From Octopus sinensis (Eukaryota), in NCBI RefSeq assembly GCF_006345805.1, contig NC_042998.1:82584001-82648000 (forward strand): DNA of 64,000 nucleotides, written 5' to 3'. Shown in pieces: positions 12,148 to 28,459 of the stretch. Every line of letters begins with the position of its first letter. The first letter of the stretch is position 1. Position numbers and translations under genes: made by a program. Under the pieces are notes generated by a model. The model saw only the letters and a program-made list of their open reading frames with translations. It did not search any database and had not been told where the DNA came from.

Positions 12148-12461
12148 AGTTGTAAAACTCTAACGATGACATAAAGAAACCTACATATATGGTTGGTTCC
12201 ATCTAAGAAAGGTAGCATATTCTAACTATATAGTGGTAAGACTTCTCCAGGGTCAGTTCAGAACTCACGAAACGTATGCATCCTTCAAAAGAAAAATGAT
12301 TATCCATCTGAATTGACCCTGACGAAGTCCTACCACAACATAGTTAGGACATAATACTTTTCTTAGCATTTATTCAAATGCTTAGAACTTCCAATCAACC
12401 AGATGATAGGACGGAAACATATATGTAGGTTCCTTTACTTTATTCTTAGAGTTTTACAACT
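12148..12461. mobile_element. Old imperfect foldback element with degenerate HHR-like remnant at 12397-12431
   Basis: Nested inverted blocks AGTTGTAAAACTCTAA/TTAGAGTTTTACAACT, AACCTACATATATG/CATATATGTAGGTT and GTGGTAAGACTTC..GGGTCAGTTCAGA/TCTGAATTGACCC..GAAGTCCTACCAC. Confidence 0.7.
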
Positions 12462-12703
12462 TGTAATCAATTTATTTGTACTGTTGTGTTTTTAAAAAAA
12501 TTTCATCTTTTCATAGCATACAAATAAATTATTCCTATATCAGTTATTTCTCCCTTTTCTCTTTTTTCCCCCTCAATATTGATAATATATAACTTCAATA
12601 ATAACTAACATGTACCAATGACATTCGCATTATATGATACGGATTAACCAGTGGAATACCTTGGATTATTTAATCCCTAATGAGGATATAACCTGAACGA
12701 ATT

Positions 12704-12766
<63 letters not shown>

Positions 12767-12784
12767 TGTATATACATATATATA

Positions 12785-13124
12785 TTGCGGAGATGTACTT
12801 GCATAGCAAGTGAACTGATCTGAGAGCGTGTGCTGGAACGAAAACAATTGCAGCGTGGAAGGTGTTAATAAGCCATTTAAGAAACACAAAAACCGTTAGA
12901 TTCACTTCAATATCTAAATTTAATTTGTCAAAATATTTTCGTCGCTTTGAGACCGCGACCTGTTCACTGATAAAATTCCAATGCACCACGGTATCTTGTC
13001 GGTGAACAGATCGCGGTCTCAAAGCGACGAAAATATTTTGAGAAACTAAATTTAAACGTTGAAGTGAATTTAACGGGTTTTGTGTTTCTTAAATGGCCTA
13101 TAAACACCTTACTACGCTACAATT
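12785..13124. mobile_element. Asymmetric foldback element (IR 12846-13124, tail 12785-12845), same family as 52933-53193
   Basis: Long reverse-complementary arms around ~12985. The tail GCGGAGATGTACTTGCATAGCAAG is also present, in reverse, at the end of the 52933 copy. Confidence 0.85.
12924..12974 (-). ncRNA. Hammerhead motif with G3-C8 swapped core
   Basis: rc TTTATCA-GTGAACA-G-GTCGC-GGTCTCAAA-GCGAC-GAAA-ATAT-TT-TGACAAA. The mirror copy is on the + strand at ~12996-13045. Confidence 0.55.
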
Positions 13125-13125
13125 T

Positions 13126-13159
<34 letters not shown>

Positions 13160-13165
13160 CGTGCG

Positions 13166-13222
<57 letters not shown>

Positions 13223-13324
13223 TGCGTGTGTGTGTGTATAAAATATATATATATATATATATAAAGAGAATGACAGAAAAAACCAAGGCTGGGAAAGTTT
13301 TCGGAACATATATAAAGAGTTCTT

Positions 13325-13367
13325 CCAGATGTTTCCGGGATATTTTATATATCCCTTAATCAGAAAC
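13325..13367 (-). ncRNA. Degenerate hammerhead-like remnant
   Basis: rc GTTT-CTGATTA-A-GGGATAT-ATAAA-ATATCCC-G-GAAA-CATCTGG. Perfect 7-bp stem II, G8 mutated, stem III lost. Confidence 0.35.
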
Positions 13368-13668
13368 GGTGCAAGAAAATGTTTAATAGTTGTTATAGGG
13401 AAGATATGAAATACAGAGGCAAGTGGAGGAATGAAAGCAGACGAGATACGTAAGGATATTGTATTTGCAGTTCTATTATTTAAGCAGAATGGTGTATATG
13501 TAGGTTTCTTGTACCTTGTGTTTGAGTTCCATATATATACATTTGCATATATATGTATGTATATATACGTATATATGTATAAATTTATATATAAATGGAC
13601 AAATGATGGATGCAAAGAGTTGTAAAACTCTAACAATAACGTCTGCATGGGTATTTGCATTTATTTAT

Positions 13669-13741
<73 letters not shown>

Positions 13742-13852
13742 TGTGCCAAATAAAGGTAATAAACCTAATTAAGAGATCGTAAATCCAATGAAAATACTGC
13801 TAGTTACCAATCTATAAAAAGTTCAACTATAAGGTAACCATGAAAACCGTGG

Positions 13853-13969
<117 letters not shown>

Positions 13970-14259
13970 ATTATTTATTGATTATAAAATATGACTATAT
14001 CTCTGACGGTTTTATAGCCGTTATCTCAACATGTATTTCTAATCGGTATATCCTAACTACCTCTGAAGACATTGATCTCCTAATGCTTTTAAGTTTTATA
14101 AATAAATTATCTAAAGATTTCTTAATCGAAACAGGTCAGAGATATTGTCATATTTTATGATTAATAAATAATTTTATTGAATACCTCTTCATTTTCTCCT
14201 TATTCTTTAAATATATATGTATGTATGTATACGTATCTATGTATATGTATGTATGTATG

Positions 14260-14294
<35 letters not shown>

Positions 14295-14308
14295 TATATA
14301 TATATTAT

Positions 14309-14339
<31 letters not shown>

Positions 14340-14821
14340 TATATACATATATATATATATATTATTTATGTATGTATGCGTGTATGCGTGCCTCGATAAG
14401 TACAAAGATTGAAAAGTTTTTAAATAATTTCGTGTCGTACAGCTCATTAGTTTTTTGAAAAGCTATATCTTAATGTTCCAAAGCGAACTGTTAAGGAAGG
14501 ATGAAATGGAGTGGGCCGCGCTGAGCTTTCCGCTACCTCAGTAGCCTACATAAGTAAGAAAGTGCTTAATTATTTTGAATTATACTATTGACTGTAGTTA
14601 AATTAAGATTAACGACACGGATTACGCATGTATAAGGTATTCTCAACGTAGGTAGTGAGTGGGAAGCAACATGAGAGTGAGATCATCATTAGATGTTGTG
14701 TTATACATGTTCATTCAATGGGTCTTAAATGTATGTGTGTGTTTCTGTGTATGTATATATGTATGTGTGTATGTATGTATGTGTGTGTGTATGTATGTAT
14801 GTATGTTTGTATGCATGTATG

Positions 14822-14864
<43 letters not shown>

Positions 14865-15604
14865 GTATGTATGTATGTATGTATGTATGTATGTATGTAT
14901 GTATGTATGTATGTATGTATGTGTATGTGCGCTTCTGTATATGTGTGTATGGGTAGATATATATGTATCGCCTTTACTTTCGATTTTTTGTGGGTTTTTT
15001 CACTTAATTTAAACTTAACTGTGTAGTCTATAATATAAATTGGACATGGGCGATCGTTGTATTCTTTCTTGTCTTGAGTTTCACAGCCAAACGGGTGGGT
15101 GGAATCGCGTGAAAAATGGCACACATGTGGAGACGGGTGCATAGATTGGAATGCGGTTTGTATTTTCTCCTTGCCCCTATAGTTACCGAGAAATCGATTA
15201 AAACTTTTCTAATGGAATTCCCCTATTTGGTCCTCCATTTAAACAGCCAGTTAGTCACACAGCCGGCATATACCATTTCGATAGCAACGAGGGGAGTACA
15301 GTCAGCCAAAACTTTCGCCATGCTGTCTCACTTCTTTCACTTCGTGGGGTTAATAATCTTAATCTTTAGTTAGTTTCTCTTTCAAACTATATAATAGGTA
15401 TAATTGTCGGATTAAGACAGCAGGGTGTTTTGAGGGAGATTTGGCTGCTATTTCTACCAAGTCTAGCTACCATATAGAGGTCTGAACTTTCATTCACATA
15501 TTTGCATTTCAAAAATTTCACATAATCCCTTTCATAAATCAACTATCGTAAGAATTTATACGATGACCTCACATTTTCTATGTATCTGTGTGTACCTTAA
15601 AAGA

Positions 15605-15656
15605 CGTCAATCATCACGACACACACCTTCACTGACTCACTCTGTCTCTCTTATTC

Positions 15657-15700
<44 letters not shown>

Positions 15701-16215
15701 AAGTGCACACGCGCAAGCACGCACGCACATACACAGACACACACACACACACGCATACACATACACACGCATACACACACAGACATCCATTTCATATATC
15801 TGCTCTCTGCTCTTCAATTTCTGCTCTCTGCAAATAAAATATTTTACGGATACAACTGCTTACAAAAATAGGGATTAATGTATAATTTCTCTCTATGTTC
15901 ATAATTCAATCAATGTTTTAATGATTAGACAGAGGTGCAATAGAATAGCTCTCAGAAACAGACTACGTACAAATACATCAATCATCACGACACAAACCTT
16001 CACTCACATACACACGCGCAAGCATGGACGCACGCACACACACACACACACACACACATACACGCACACACACGTCCATTTCATATATCTTCTTTCAATT
16101 TTCGCACTCAGCAAATAATGTACAATTTCTTTCTATGTTCATAATTAAATCAATGTTTTAATGATTAGACAGAGGTCCAATAGAAAAGCTCTCAGATACA
16201 GACTACGTACAAATT
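15605..16215. repeat. Older diverged tandem duplication (~370-bp unit)
   Basis: AATCATCACGACACA..TCCATTTCATATATCT..TGTTCATAATT..ATCAATGTTTTAATGATTAGACAGAGG..CAGACTACGTACAAAT occurs twice. Confidence 0.65.
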
Positions 16216-16387
16216 CGTTCTGCACAACTCCTGAAGCTGTTTCCTGACAAGGGTTGGGGGAGTCAGGAAATTTTCATACAGCTGGAGGCTCCAATCGGAA
16301 CAGGGGGACCCGAAATGCTACGGTTGAGAAACGCTGTTATAGACTATTCCTAACCAAAAACGAGCACAGCCACATCATCCAAACAGA

Positions 16388-16414
16388 CCGGGTGAAACCG
16401 GGCTTACCTGCTAG
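16388..16414 (+). mobile_element. Helitron-like 3' terminus fragment
   Basis: CCGGGTGAAACCGGGCTTACCTG-CTAG followed by T, resembling the 3' end of the 58507-58887 Helitron. Confidence 0.45.
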
Positions 16415-16696
16415 TTTTATATAATTTGGAATTACCCTGTTCACTCTGCAATTAAATTACCACTAATGTGTGTACAAATATATATGCAGGTATATATATG
16501 GGTGTATATATATATGTGTATGTGTTTGCATGTGAGAGTATGCATATGCTTGTATATGCTTGTGTGTGTGTGTGTGTGTATGTGTGTGTGTATGTGTGTA
16601 TGTGTGTTTGTGGGTGTGTATGTACATGTGTATGTATGTACGTATGTACGTGTCTGTGTGGATGGTCTGATTTACACATAGAATCGTGTGGGTGTC

Positions 16697-16732
<36 letters not shown>

Positions 16733-17548
16733 ATGTCAGGTCACTTTCGAGTGCTACTGGTAACATGTAACCCAGTACAACCTGATGCATGGTCGGGCCG
16801 TCGGCGACTAAACCGGCTACCCCACCAAGCTTGCTTGGTGAGGAGGAGGTTAATTGGACACACTGCGGGATGAAAAACAAAACCCGTCAAAGAGCGGAGG
16901 AACTCTTGAGAGTCAACGGCCATCCTATAAATGTGTATTTTTTTCTCTTAAGGTTTAAGGCTGTATCATGCGCGGGGGCATAGAAATATTCCGACTGAAT
17001 ACCCGATTGACGGTTAAACCATTGGGAGTGAAGGACTCCAAGCCTTTGTTAGGGTATCCTTCTAGAAGAAGGTAACTCAGGTAACTGGGATAACTCCGAC
17101 ATAAAACCTGCGGCTCAGTGGCTACCGATGATGTTGCCTTGTTCTTCTTTTCGGATTATGGCTGCTGTTGCTTAGTGAGTGGGATTAACTCAGTGAACAG
17201 CCTTTCCTCACTTTAAAAAGAATCTTCTTGCACAGGTATTGCACGATAACAACATTGTTCATGATTGTTGATAGTGCTGTGAATCTCAACTGAATGGCTG
17301 ACTTTAAAAGCAAATAAAGTCACATTCGATCACAGCACCAATAACAGTTGAGCTTCGTGCAATGACCATACTCGATAAAAGCCCACTCGATTGGAGAAAG
17401 CGCTAATCTGAATGATATGATCTGAATGATATGATATATATGTAAAAAATGTAATATATAAATAAATATCTATAAATATGAACCATCCGATCTGATTACC
17501 TCATTTTTTCTAATATATAATACCTGTACATCATCTCCAAACCTTCCA

Positions 17549-17581
<33 letters not shown>

Positions 17582-18401
17582 ATAATGTCAGGTCACTTTC
17601 GAGTGCTACTGGTAACATGTAACCCAGTACAACCTGATGCATGGTCGGGCCGTCGGCGACTAAACCGGCTACCCCACCAAGCTTGCTTGGTGAGGAGGAG
17701 GTTAATTGGACACACTGCGGGATGAAAAACAAAACCCGTCAAAGAGCGGAGGAACTCTTGAGAGTCAACGGCCATCCTATAAATGTGTATTTTTTTCTCT
17801 TAAGGTTTAAGGCTGTATCATGCGCGGGGGCATAGAAATATTCCGACTGAATACCCGATTGACGGTTAAACCATTGGGAGTGAAGGACTCCAAGCCTTTG
17901 TTAGGGTATCCTTCTAGAAGAAGGTAACTCAGGTAACTGGGATAACTCCGACATAAAACCTGCGGCTCAGTGGCTACCGATGATGTTGCCTTGTTCTTCT
18001 TTTCGGATTATGGCTGCTGTTGCTTAGTGAGTGGGATTAACTCAGTGAACAGCCTTTCCTCACTTTAAAAAGAATCTTCTTGCACAGGTATTGCACGATA
18101 ACAACATTGTTCATGATTGTTGATAGTGCTGTGAATCTCAACTGAATGGCTGACTTTAAAAGCAAATAAAGTCACATTCGATCACAGCACCAATAACAGT
18201 TGAGCTTCGTGCAATGACCATACTCGATAAAAGCCCACTCGATTGGGAGAAAGCGCTAATCTGAATGATATGATCTGAATGATATGATATATATGTAAAA
18301 AATGTAATATATAAATAAATATCTATAAATATGAACCATCCGATCTGATTACCTCATTTTTTCTAATATATAATACCTGTACATCATCTCCAAACCTTCC
18401 A

Positions 18402-18434
<33 letters not shown>

Positions 18435-19251
18435 ATAATGTCAGGTCACTTTCGAGTGCTACTGGTAACATGTAACCCAGTACAACCTGATGCATGGTCG
18501 GGCCGTCGGCGACTAAACCGGCTACCCAACCAAGCTTGCTTGGTGAGGAGGAGGTTAATTGGACACACTGCGGGATGAAAAACAAAACCCGTCAAAGAGC
18601 GGAGGAACTCTTGAGAGTCAACGGCCATCCTATAAATGTGTATTTTTTTCTCTTAAGGTTTAAGGCTGTATCATGCGCGGGGGCATAGAAATATTCCGAC
18701 TGAATACCCGATTGACGGTTAAACCATTGGGAGTGAAGGACTCCAAGCCTTTGTTAGGGTATCCTTCTAGAAGAAGGTAACTCAGGTAACTGGGATAACT
18801 CCGACATAAAACCTGCGGCTCAGTGGCTACCGATGATGTTGCCTTGTTCTTCTTTTCGGATTATGGCTGCTGTTGCTTAGTGAGTGGGATTAACTCAGTG
18901 AACAGCCTTTCCTCACTTTAAAAAGAATCTTCTTGCACAGGTATTGCACGATAACAACATTGTTCATGATTGTTGATAGTGCTGTGAATCTCAACTGAAT
19001 GGCTGGACTTTAAAAGCAAATAAAGTCACATTCGATCACAGCACCAATAACAGTTGAGCTTCGTGCAATGACCATACTCGATAAAAGCCCACTCGATTGG
19101 GAGAAAGCGCTAATCCGAATGATATGATCTGAATGATATGATATATATGTAAAAAATGTAATATATAAATAAATATCTATAAATATGAACCATCCGATCT
19201 GATTACCTCATTTTTTCTAATATATAATACCTGTACATCATCTCCAAACCT

Positions 19252-19256
<5 letters not shown>
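16733..19256. repeat. Three near-identical tandem copies of an ~853-bp unit, separated by (TA)n
   Basis: GTCAGGTCAC starts at 16735, 17587 and 18440. The copies differ by only a few substitutions and single-base indels. Confidence 0.95.
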
Positions 19257-19301
<45 letters not shown>

Positions 19302-20427
19302 GCACGTATACACACAAATATGTATGTGTATATAAATACATGTTATTTGGGTCTGTGTGCGTGTGCATATGTGAGTGTATGTGTGTGAGTATGTTTGTGT
19401 CTGTGTTTCTGTTTGAAGGTGAGTGTGTGTATGTGCGTGTGTGTATGTCTGCATCCCCATGAGTGTATATATGTGTATATATGTGTATATATTCTTATGT
19501 GTATGTATATGTATGCCCCCACTTCTATTCTATTACTTCGTATTTTAATGTTCATACGTGTATCTCTTTCCCAGTGCCGAAACACACAAAGGTCCTAAAT
19601 TAGGCCTCTCATAGCATGTATCATGTATGTGTGTGAGTTTGTGTCTGTGTGTCTATATGTGGATAAGAGTACATTTAGCTTGTTCACTTGTTTGTGTTCT
19701 TGTATGTAAATACGTGTGCATGTATGTGTGTGTGTGTGTTGTTTAGGAGGCTTGAGTCTTTGCCCTTCATAGGCGGATGTTGTGTCGTTTAAACATTCAT
19801 AAGTCATATGAGGTTTTAAACATGACGGACAGGTAATTTCAGAAGAACGATTATCTGGAGAGGAAGATTGATAAACGCAAACATGTCAAGGCATGTGACT
19901 GGATTGGTGGAAATCAATTATAAGTCGTTTTTAAACTCGGCAAGGAGAGTAACGGAGAAAGTTTAAGAGGAATTGTGTCGACTGTGTTTATTGAGAAAAT
20001 GGAAGTAACTGATGGAGAAAGTATATGAATTTCTGTTCCGGAAACTGCACGAGAACCCTTTTTGATTGCACAAAAAATCTGCTACAAATTGTTAGAGATT
20101 CTCTAAGTAAGTATCAACAAAACTGGTTGCAGTATATCAGGTGGTGTAGTGCTTCATCTCTGACGGTATCGATTGGTTTTGGGTGGCAATGTTACATAAC
20201 AATTTCGTGTTTGGTAGAAGCCATCCAGCAGTAACGGCTCAGTAAATTTCTATGGATCTTATGGGTAACGATCTTCCTCTGTAGTACTGTACTGTAGCGC
20301 AGTTGCAATCGAATTATATGGTGTTTTTGTTATAGACTTTGGTTGTATGTGAAACGTGGAGCGACATAACTGATGTTCGTGAGTACGTATGTACATGTGT
20401 ACAGATAGACAGACAGACAGATAGAAG

Positions 20428-23495
<3,068 letters not shown>

Positions 23496-23532
23496 GTAAG
23501 CGATCTACTTACCACGCAGCAACTCCTGCGCC
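23496..23532 (-). mobile_element. 5' 37 nt of the CORE-like SINE head, abutting the LINE 5' end
   Basis: rc GGCGCAGGAGTTGCTGCGTGGTAAGTAGATCGCTTAC. Confidence 0.7.
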
Positions 23533-24539
23533 TATAGAGATATTACACACACACAGACACGTGTGTGTGTGTATGTGTGTAGTATTGTATAGACAAGAAG
23601 GTAATATTTATAATATACATATATAGCTGTTTGCTGAGGTATTTTCCGGATGCGATTTCAAGAACATTAATAGCAAAATCTTAAATGTCAAAAGAAAAAG
23701 GTAAAAAAAAGAATGAAATATGTTTTCTTACACGTGCAAATATCACAGTTCATTGCAAGCTGTCTTACATATAAAATAAAGCATGTTCACAGAGGCAAGC
23801 TCATTGACAGATTTTTCAATTATTTTCCATTGTCCATTTCTTATTGCTACAAGTTTATAGTGATTTTTCCTGCAAATATAGCAGAATTGTCTTCCTTTCA
23901 GTAAGGATTTTAATGATAATTCATTTCCGTTTCAATTAAGCATAAGAACAATGAAATCTTTTCCAATCAATAGATTCACCTAAAACATGTTGATTAAGAA
24001 TTCTAAAGTTTAATATTATATTTCAGGATGAGAACTGAATTTGTATGCAGTGTTTTATTGTGTACGCAATAACATTGAATACAGCAATATTTGTACCCTT
24101 CAGAATTTTCTTTATTGACATTTCTAGGTATTTTTTGAAGATATAGAATTCAAAATTATTGTGAAATTGCAGATTGACATTTTATACAAGAAACTACGTT
24201 GGAAATATGGAATAATAATTGGGTCAAGTTTTTTTTATTATTTGACATTATACTTTTGATGATGAGAATGATAATAATGACGACGATGGTGACGACGAGG
24301 ATAGCAATGATGATTGTGGTGGTAGTGGTGGTGGTGGTGGTGGTGGTAGCGACCACGATGATGATATCATTAAATATAAAGAGGAAGAAGTCCAAACAAA
24401 AGACGAAGAGTAAAAATCAGATGATGGTGAGTAGGAGTAAGGGACGAGGACGAGAAGGAAGAAGAGGAGGTTAGGAGGAGAGAAGAATATGAAGAAGGAG
24501 ATGAAGAACAAGAAGAATAAGGATAAGAATATGAAGAAG

Positions 24540-24746
24540 AAGAGGAGGAGGAAGAGGAAGTAGAAGAAGAAGTGGAGAGAGGAAGAAGAAGAAGAAGAAG
24601 AAGAAGAAGAAGAAGAAGACGAAGAAGAAGAAGAAAGAAGAAGACGAAGAAGAAGAAGAAGAAGAAGAAGAAGAAGAAGAAAAGAAGAAGAAGAAGAAGA
24701 AGAAGAAGAAGAAGAAGAAGAAGAAGAAGAAGAAGAAGAAGAAGAA
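24540..24746. repeat. (GAA)n-rich simple repeat
   Basis: Long polypurine GAA tract, the source of the poly-R/poly-S ORFs. Confidence 0.95.
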
Positions 24747-25254
24747 AGCACTGTATCTGGCCTTGTGACCAGACGTAAAGGAAGCATTTTAGGGTATCTC
24801 GGTGGGGAAATTTTACTCAAAAACGCAAAAGACACGGCACCATCTTCTGTTCTTTCAAAGCTGAAGACTCAACTAAAACAAAACACAAGATTTGCTAGAA
24901 CTATCTCTGCTCTAGATTTGTGTCTCACTACAACCAGAATTAAGTAATATAACAATGACAAAACGATATAGACTTGAGCTTAGTCTTCAATTTTGAATGT
25001 TGGGTGATGTCATCTGAGCTGGAGAGAGGAGAAATGTGGTTGGGGTGTCAAACAATTGTGCAAATGGTCTTTGAAAGCCACGAAAACGTGCGGGATTAGT
25101 ACCATTAATACATTCAGTCAAATGCTCTATAACGTTGTCATCTTTATAAACTTGTCTTTCACACTTCACTTTTTCTTTGTTACCACTAAATGAAAATGTT
25201 GTTGGTTATTTCCTCGAGCACGTGCGGCTAATAAAATAAAGTTAATAATATTTC

Positions 25255-25815
25255 TCTTTATTACAGATTTTGTTGGAACTCCTGGAGTCTTGCATGCGTA
25301 GCAGGCTTACTACCTGCAGCCGACAGTACCATACTGTCCGTTCTTTTCACCTGTCTAATACTTTTCTGATTATTCTGGCCATGCCAAAACTTTTGTAACA
25401 GTTCTACTGGGCATTCTACTCCTATTTCCCTTATTTTCTTCTTGATGCCTTCTTATACTGTTCCCAAGGACCCAACAAGAATTGGCACTATCTTCACCTT
25501 CTTCATTTTCCATTGCCGGGCTATTTCGTACTTAAGAAGGCTGTATCTATCTGTCTTTTCGCCTTCCTTCTTGAATACTTGTTGGTCAAAGGGGCATGAA
25601 ACATCAACTATATAGCATACATGGTGCACCTTGACCACCACCACTATGTCCGATCAGTTATACTCTAGCATCTGATCTGTTTGGATTGGGAAATTCCAGA
25701 AAATTTTGCTAGTCTCCGACTCTGCCACATTCTGCGGTTTGTGCTCATACCGCATCTTGCCTCTCTCTAGCCCACACTTTTCGTACAGTTTCCAATATAA
25801 CACTTTCGCTACCTG
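25255..25815 (-). mobile_element. R4/Dong-like RLE LINE 3' fragment
   Basis: QVAKVLYWKLYEK..YEHKPQNVAE..IFWNFPIQTD..DIVVV..IVDVSCPFD..KYEIARQWKMKKVKIVPILVGSLGTV. Confidence 0.8.
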
Positions 25816-26047
<232 letters not shown>

Positions 26048-26049
26048 TT

Positions 26050-27327
26050 TATTCAGTAGTCTTATTTTTATAGCGTGCTTGCACTACCGAGCGCAGCTCT
26101 GCATGCCTTGGGTATGTGCTGTGGTTTGCTGTATGCTCTTATGGTTACTGTATTGAAAGAGTTTTACGTAGGATGTGTGCAGTGCCTAGTGGTGTTATTT
26201 TCTACATGTTAAATATATTTGTCAGTCCTGGTGTTTTTGGTATGTGTTTGTCTGAATATTTTTTCATCATACTTAATGCGCCTACTATGATAGGAATTGT
26301 TTCTGTTTTTAGATGCCACATTCGAGTTACCTCTATTTCCAGGTCTTTGTATTTTGAAAGTTTATCCATTTCTTTTAGAGAAACATTGTCATCAGTTGGT
26401 ATTGATACATCAATTAGAAAGCATTTTTTTAGTTATCTTTGACAACTATATCTGGCCTATTGGCCTTAATTTTTCTATCTGTGTATCGACATACCCCAGA
26501 GTACGGTTGCTTTCTTATTTTCTGTGACCTTTTCTGGCGTGTGCCTATACCATCTTTTTTCTGTTGTTATTCCATAGTGTTGGCATATCTTCCAGTGTAT
26601 GTAGGTCCCAACTCCGTCGTGTCTGTGAATATATTCCTTCTTAGCCAGGATTGGGCTGTCAGAAACAATATGATTTATTGTTGGGATTATGCTTTGTCTA
26701 TGTCTTTTTTGTTTAGTTTAGCCCAGTATTTTCAATAAAGGGGCTTATTTTGTCACCGTTTTATCATGGTCCGTTGCTGTTCCAGTTATAGTTTGGATTT
26801 CAGTTGTTTTACATCTCTTGTTGTTTCTTCGTTTTCTTCATATTTGTTAGGTACAATGACTATTTTTTGTATTTGTCAGCTTCCTTAAAAACTGAAAACA
26901 GTTTTTTGTTTTGTTCGTGTTTTGTGGCTGTTTGTATTAGTTTTCCTTGCTTCTGAAGTAGGTACTTTTTAGTCCTATAGAGGTTATTTTGTAATAGATT
27001 TCTAGCTGTATAAGGCCTCTACTCCCTTCCATACGTTTAATATATAACCTTTCTATGTCAGATTTTGTGTGGTGCATCTTAAATCCTGTCGTTATTTTTC
27101 TTGTTTTCCTGTCTATTTTGATTAATTCACTTAATCCAGTTAAGAAAATTGTAGCAGTAACTTGTAACTGGGACGGCTAGAGTGTTGATACCTATTATCT
27201 TGTTTTTCGCAATGAGTTCTGTTTTTCTCTTTTCAATGTTGCTTTGCTACATTTTTCTAAGTCCAATTTCATGTTTATTTCTTTGGTAAGTCCATGTACT
27301 ATCTGTAGTAGAGTTTCCAGCTGTTTA
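26050..27327 (-). mobile_element. 5'-truncated, decayed R4/Dong-like LINE ending in (AAT)n
   Basis: KQLETLLQIVHGLTKEINMKLDLEKCSKAT and IDRKTRK..MHHTKSDIERLY on the minus strand. The 3' UTR runs into the 25935-26050 microsatellite. Confidence 0.8.
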
Positions 27328-27391
27328 TTATTTGTAGTGTATAAACAACAAGCAGGTGCATTAGTTTGATGTTCGGAAAGGTGAGAAAGTA

Positions 27392-27426
27392 TTTTACGTT
27401 TCCAGCCTACGCTCTTCAACAGAAAG
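27392..27426 (-). ncRNA. Minimal hammerhead motif, A6U core variant (repeat family also at 29480, 40690, 63225)
   Basis: rc CTTT-CTGTTGA-A-GAGC-GTAG-GCTG-GAAA-CG-TA-AAAT. Confidence 0.45.
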
Positions 27427-27504
27427 GAACACAAGGAAATAAACAGAGAGAGAATAAAAAATATGGAGTTAGCGGTCAATCATGGCGACTGGTTGGACAA
27501 AGGT

Positions 27505-27670
27505 ACGACGAGCTTCTTTCAGTTTCTTTCTACCAAATCCACTTACAAGGCTTTGTGCAGTCCAAGTCTATAGCAAAAGACAGTTACTCAAGGTGCCATA
27601 CGGTGGGACTGAACCCAGAACATGTAATTGAGAGGCAACCTTCTTATCACATAGACATGCCTGCGTCAGC
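27505..27670 (-). mobile_element. CORE-like SINE head module, decayed
   Basis: CTTCTTTCAGTTTC..CTACCAAATCCACTTACAAGGC..CAAGGTGCCATACGGTGGGACTGAACCC..CCTGCG. Confidence 0.7.
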
Positions 27671-28199
27671 ATTATTTTATATTTATTATAGTATTTCACA
27701 TATATTTATATCTCACTGGGCATAACATTGTAGTTGAATTTTACCAATACATAATTTATTTATCCTCATTAAAACTAAGATGAATGTAACCAGCAACCTC
27801 AGCTCTAAATCTGCAGAGATTTACGGCTACTTTGACTTCCAGTAATCAGCAGTTAATGATAGGAGCCATCAGCATAAATATTCATTCTTATTCTAAATCC
27901 AAACTTGCACTGCTCTTTCTTTCTCACTCCCTTCCTTCCTCCCTCTTCACTCTCAAAATTATTCTCTAATTGGGTCTTTCTTTTTCTCATCTTACCTCAT
28001 AAACTGTCTCATAGCTTATACGTTGGAAGTCATTTCAGTTTTATTTTCTGACCAATCATACGAAGTGCTCTTTTCTTGCAATCTTTTTCCTTTTCACCGA
28101 AGAAAGCATTTTAAATTATGTATATTTTATGTTCAGTCTCTCTCTCTCTCTTTCTCACTCACTCACTCACTCACTCACTCATCACTCACTAGCTCTCTT

Positions 28200-28266
<67 letters not shown>

Positions 28267-28361
28267 TTGTCTATCCGTCTGTCTGTCTGCCTGTCTATGT
28301 AATCAACATGTTCTCGCCCAAATTTCAGGCCTTGACCTAAAGTAGAACTGGAATATTAATT

Positions 28362-28459
<98 letters not shown>

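Noticed and set aside
24987-25190. Possible minus-strand exon (TTTCATTTAG acceptor; GNKEKVKCERQVYKDDNVIEHLTECINGTNPARFRGFQRPF..)
   Set aside because: Protein-like composition but no motif I recognise and no supporting gene structure. BLASTX or spliced reads would decide.
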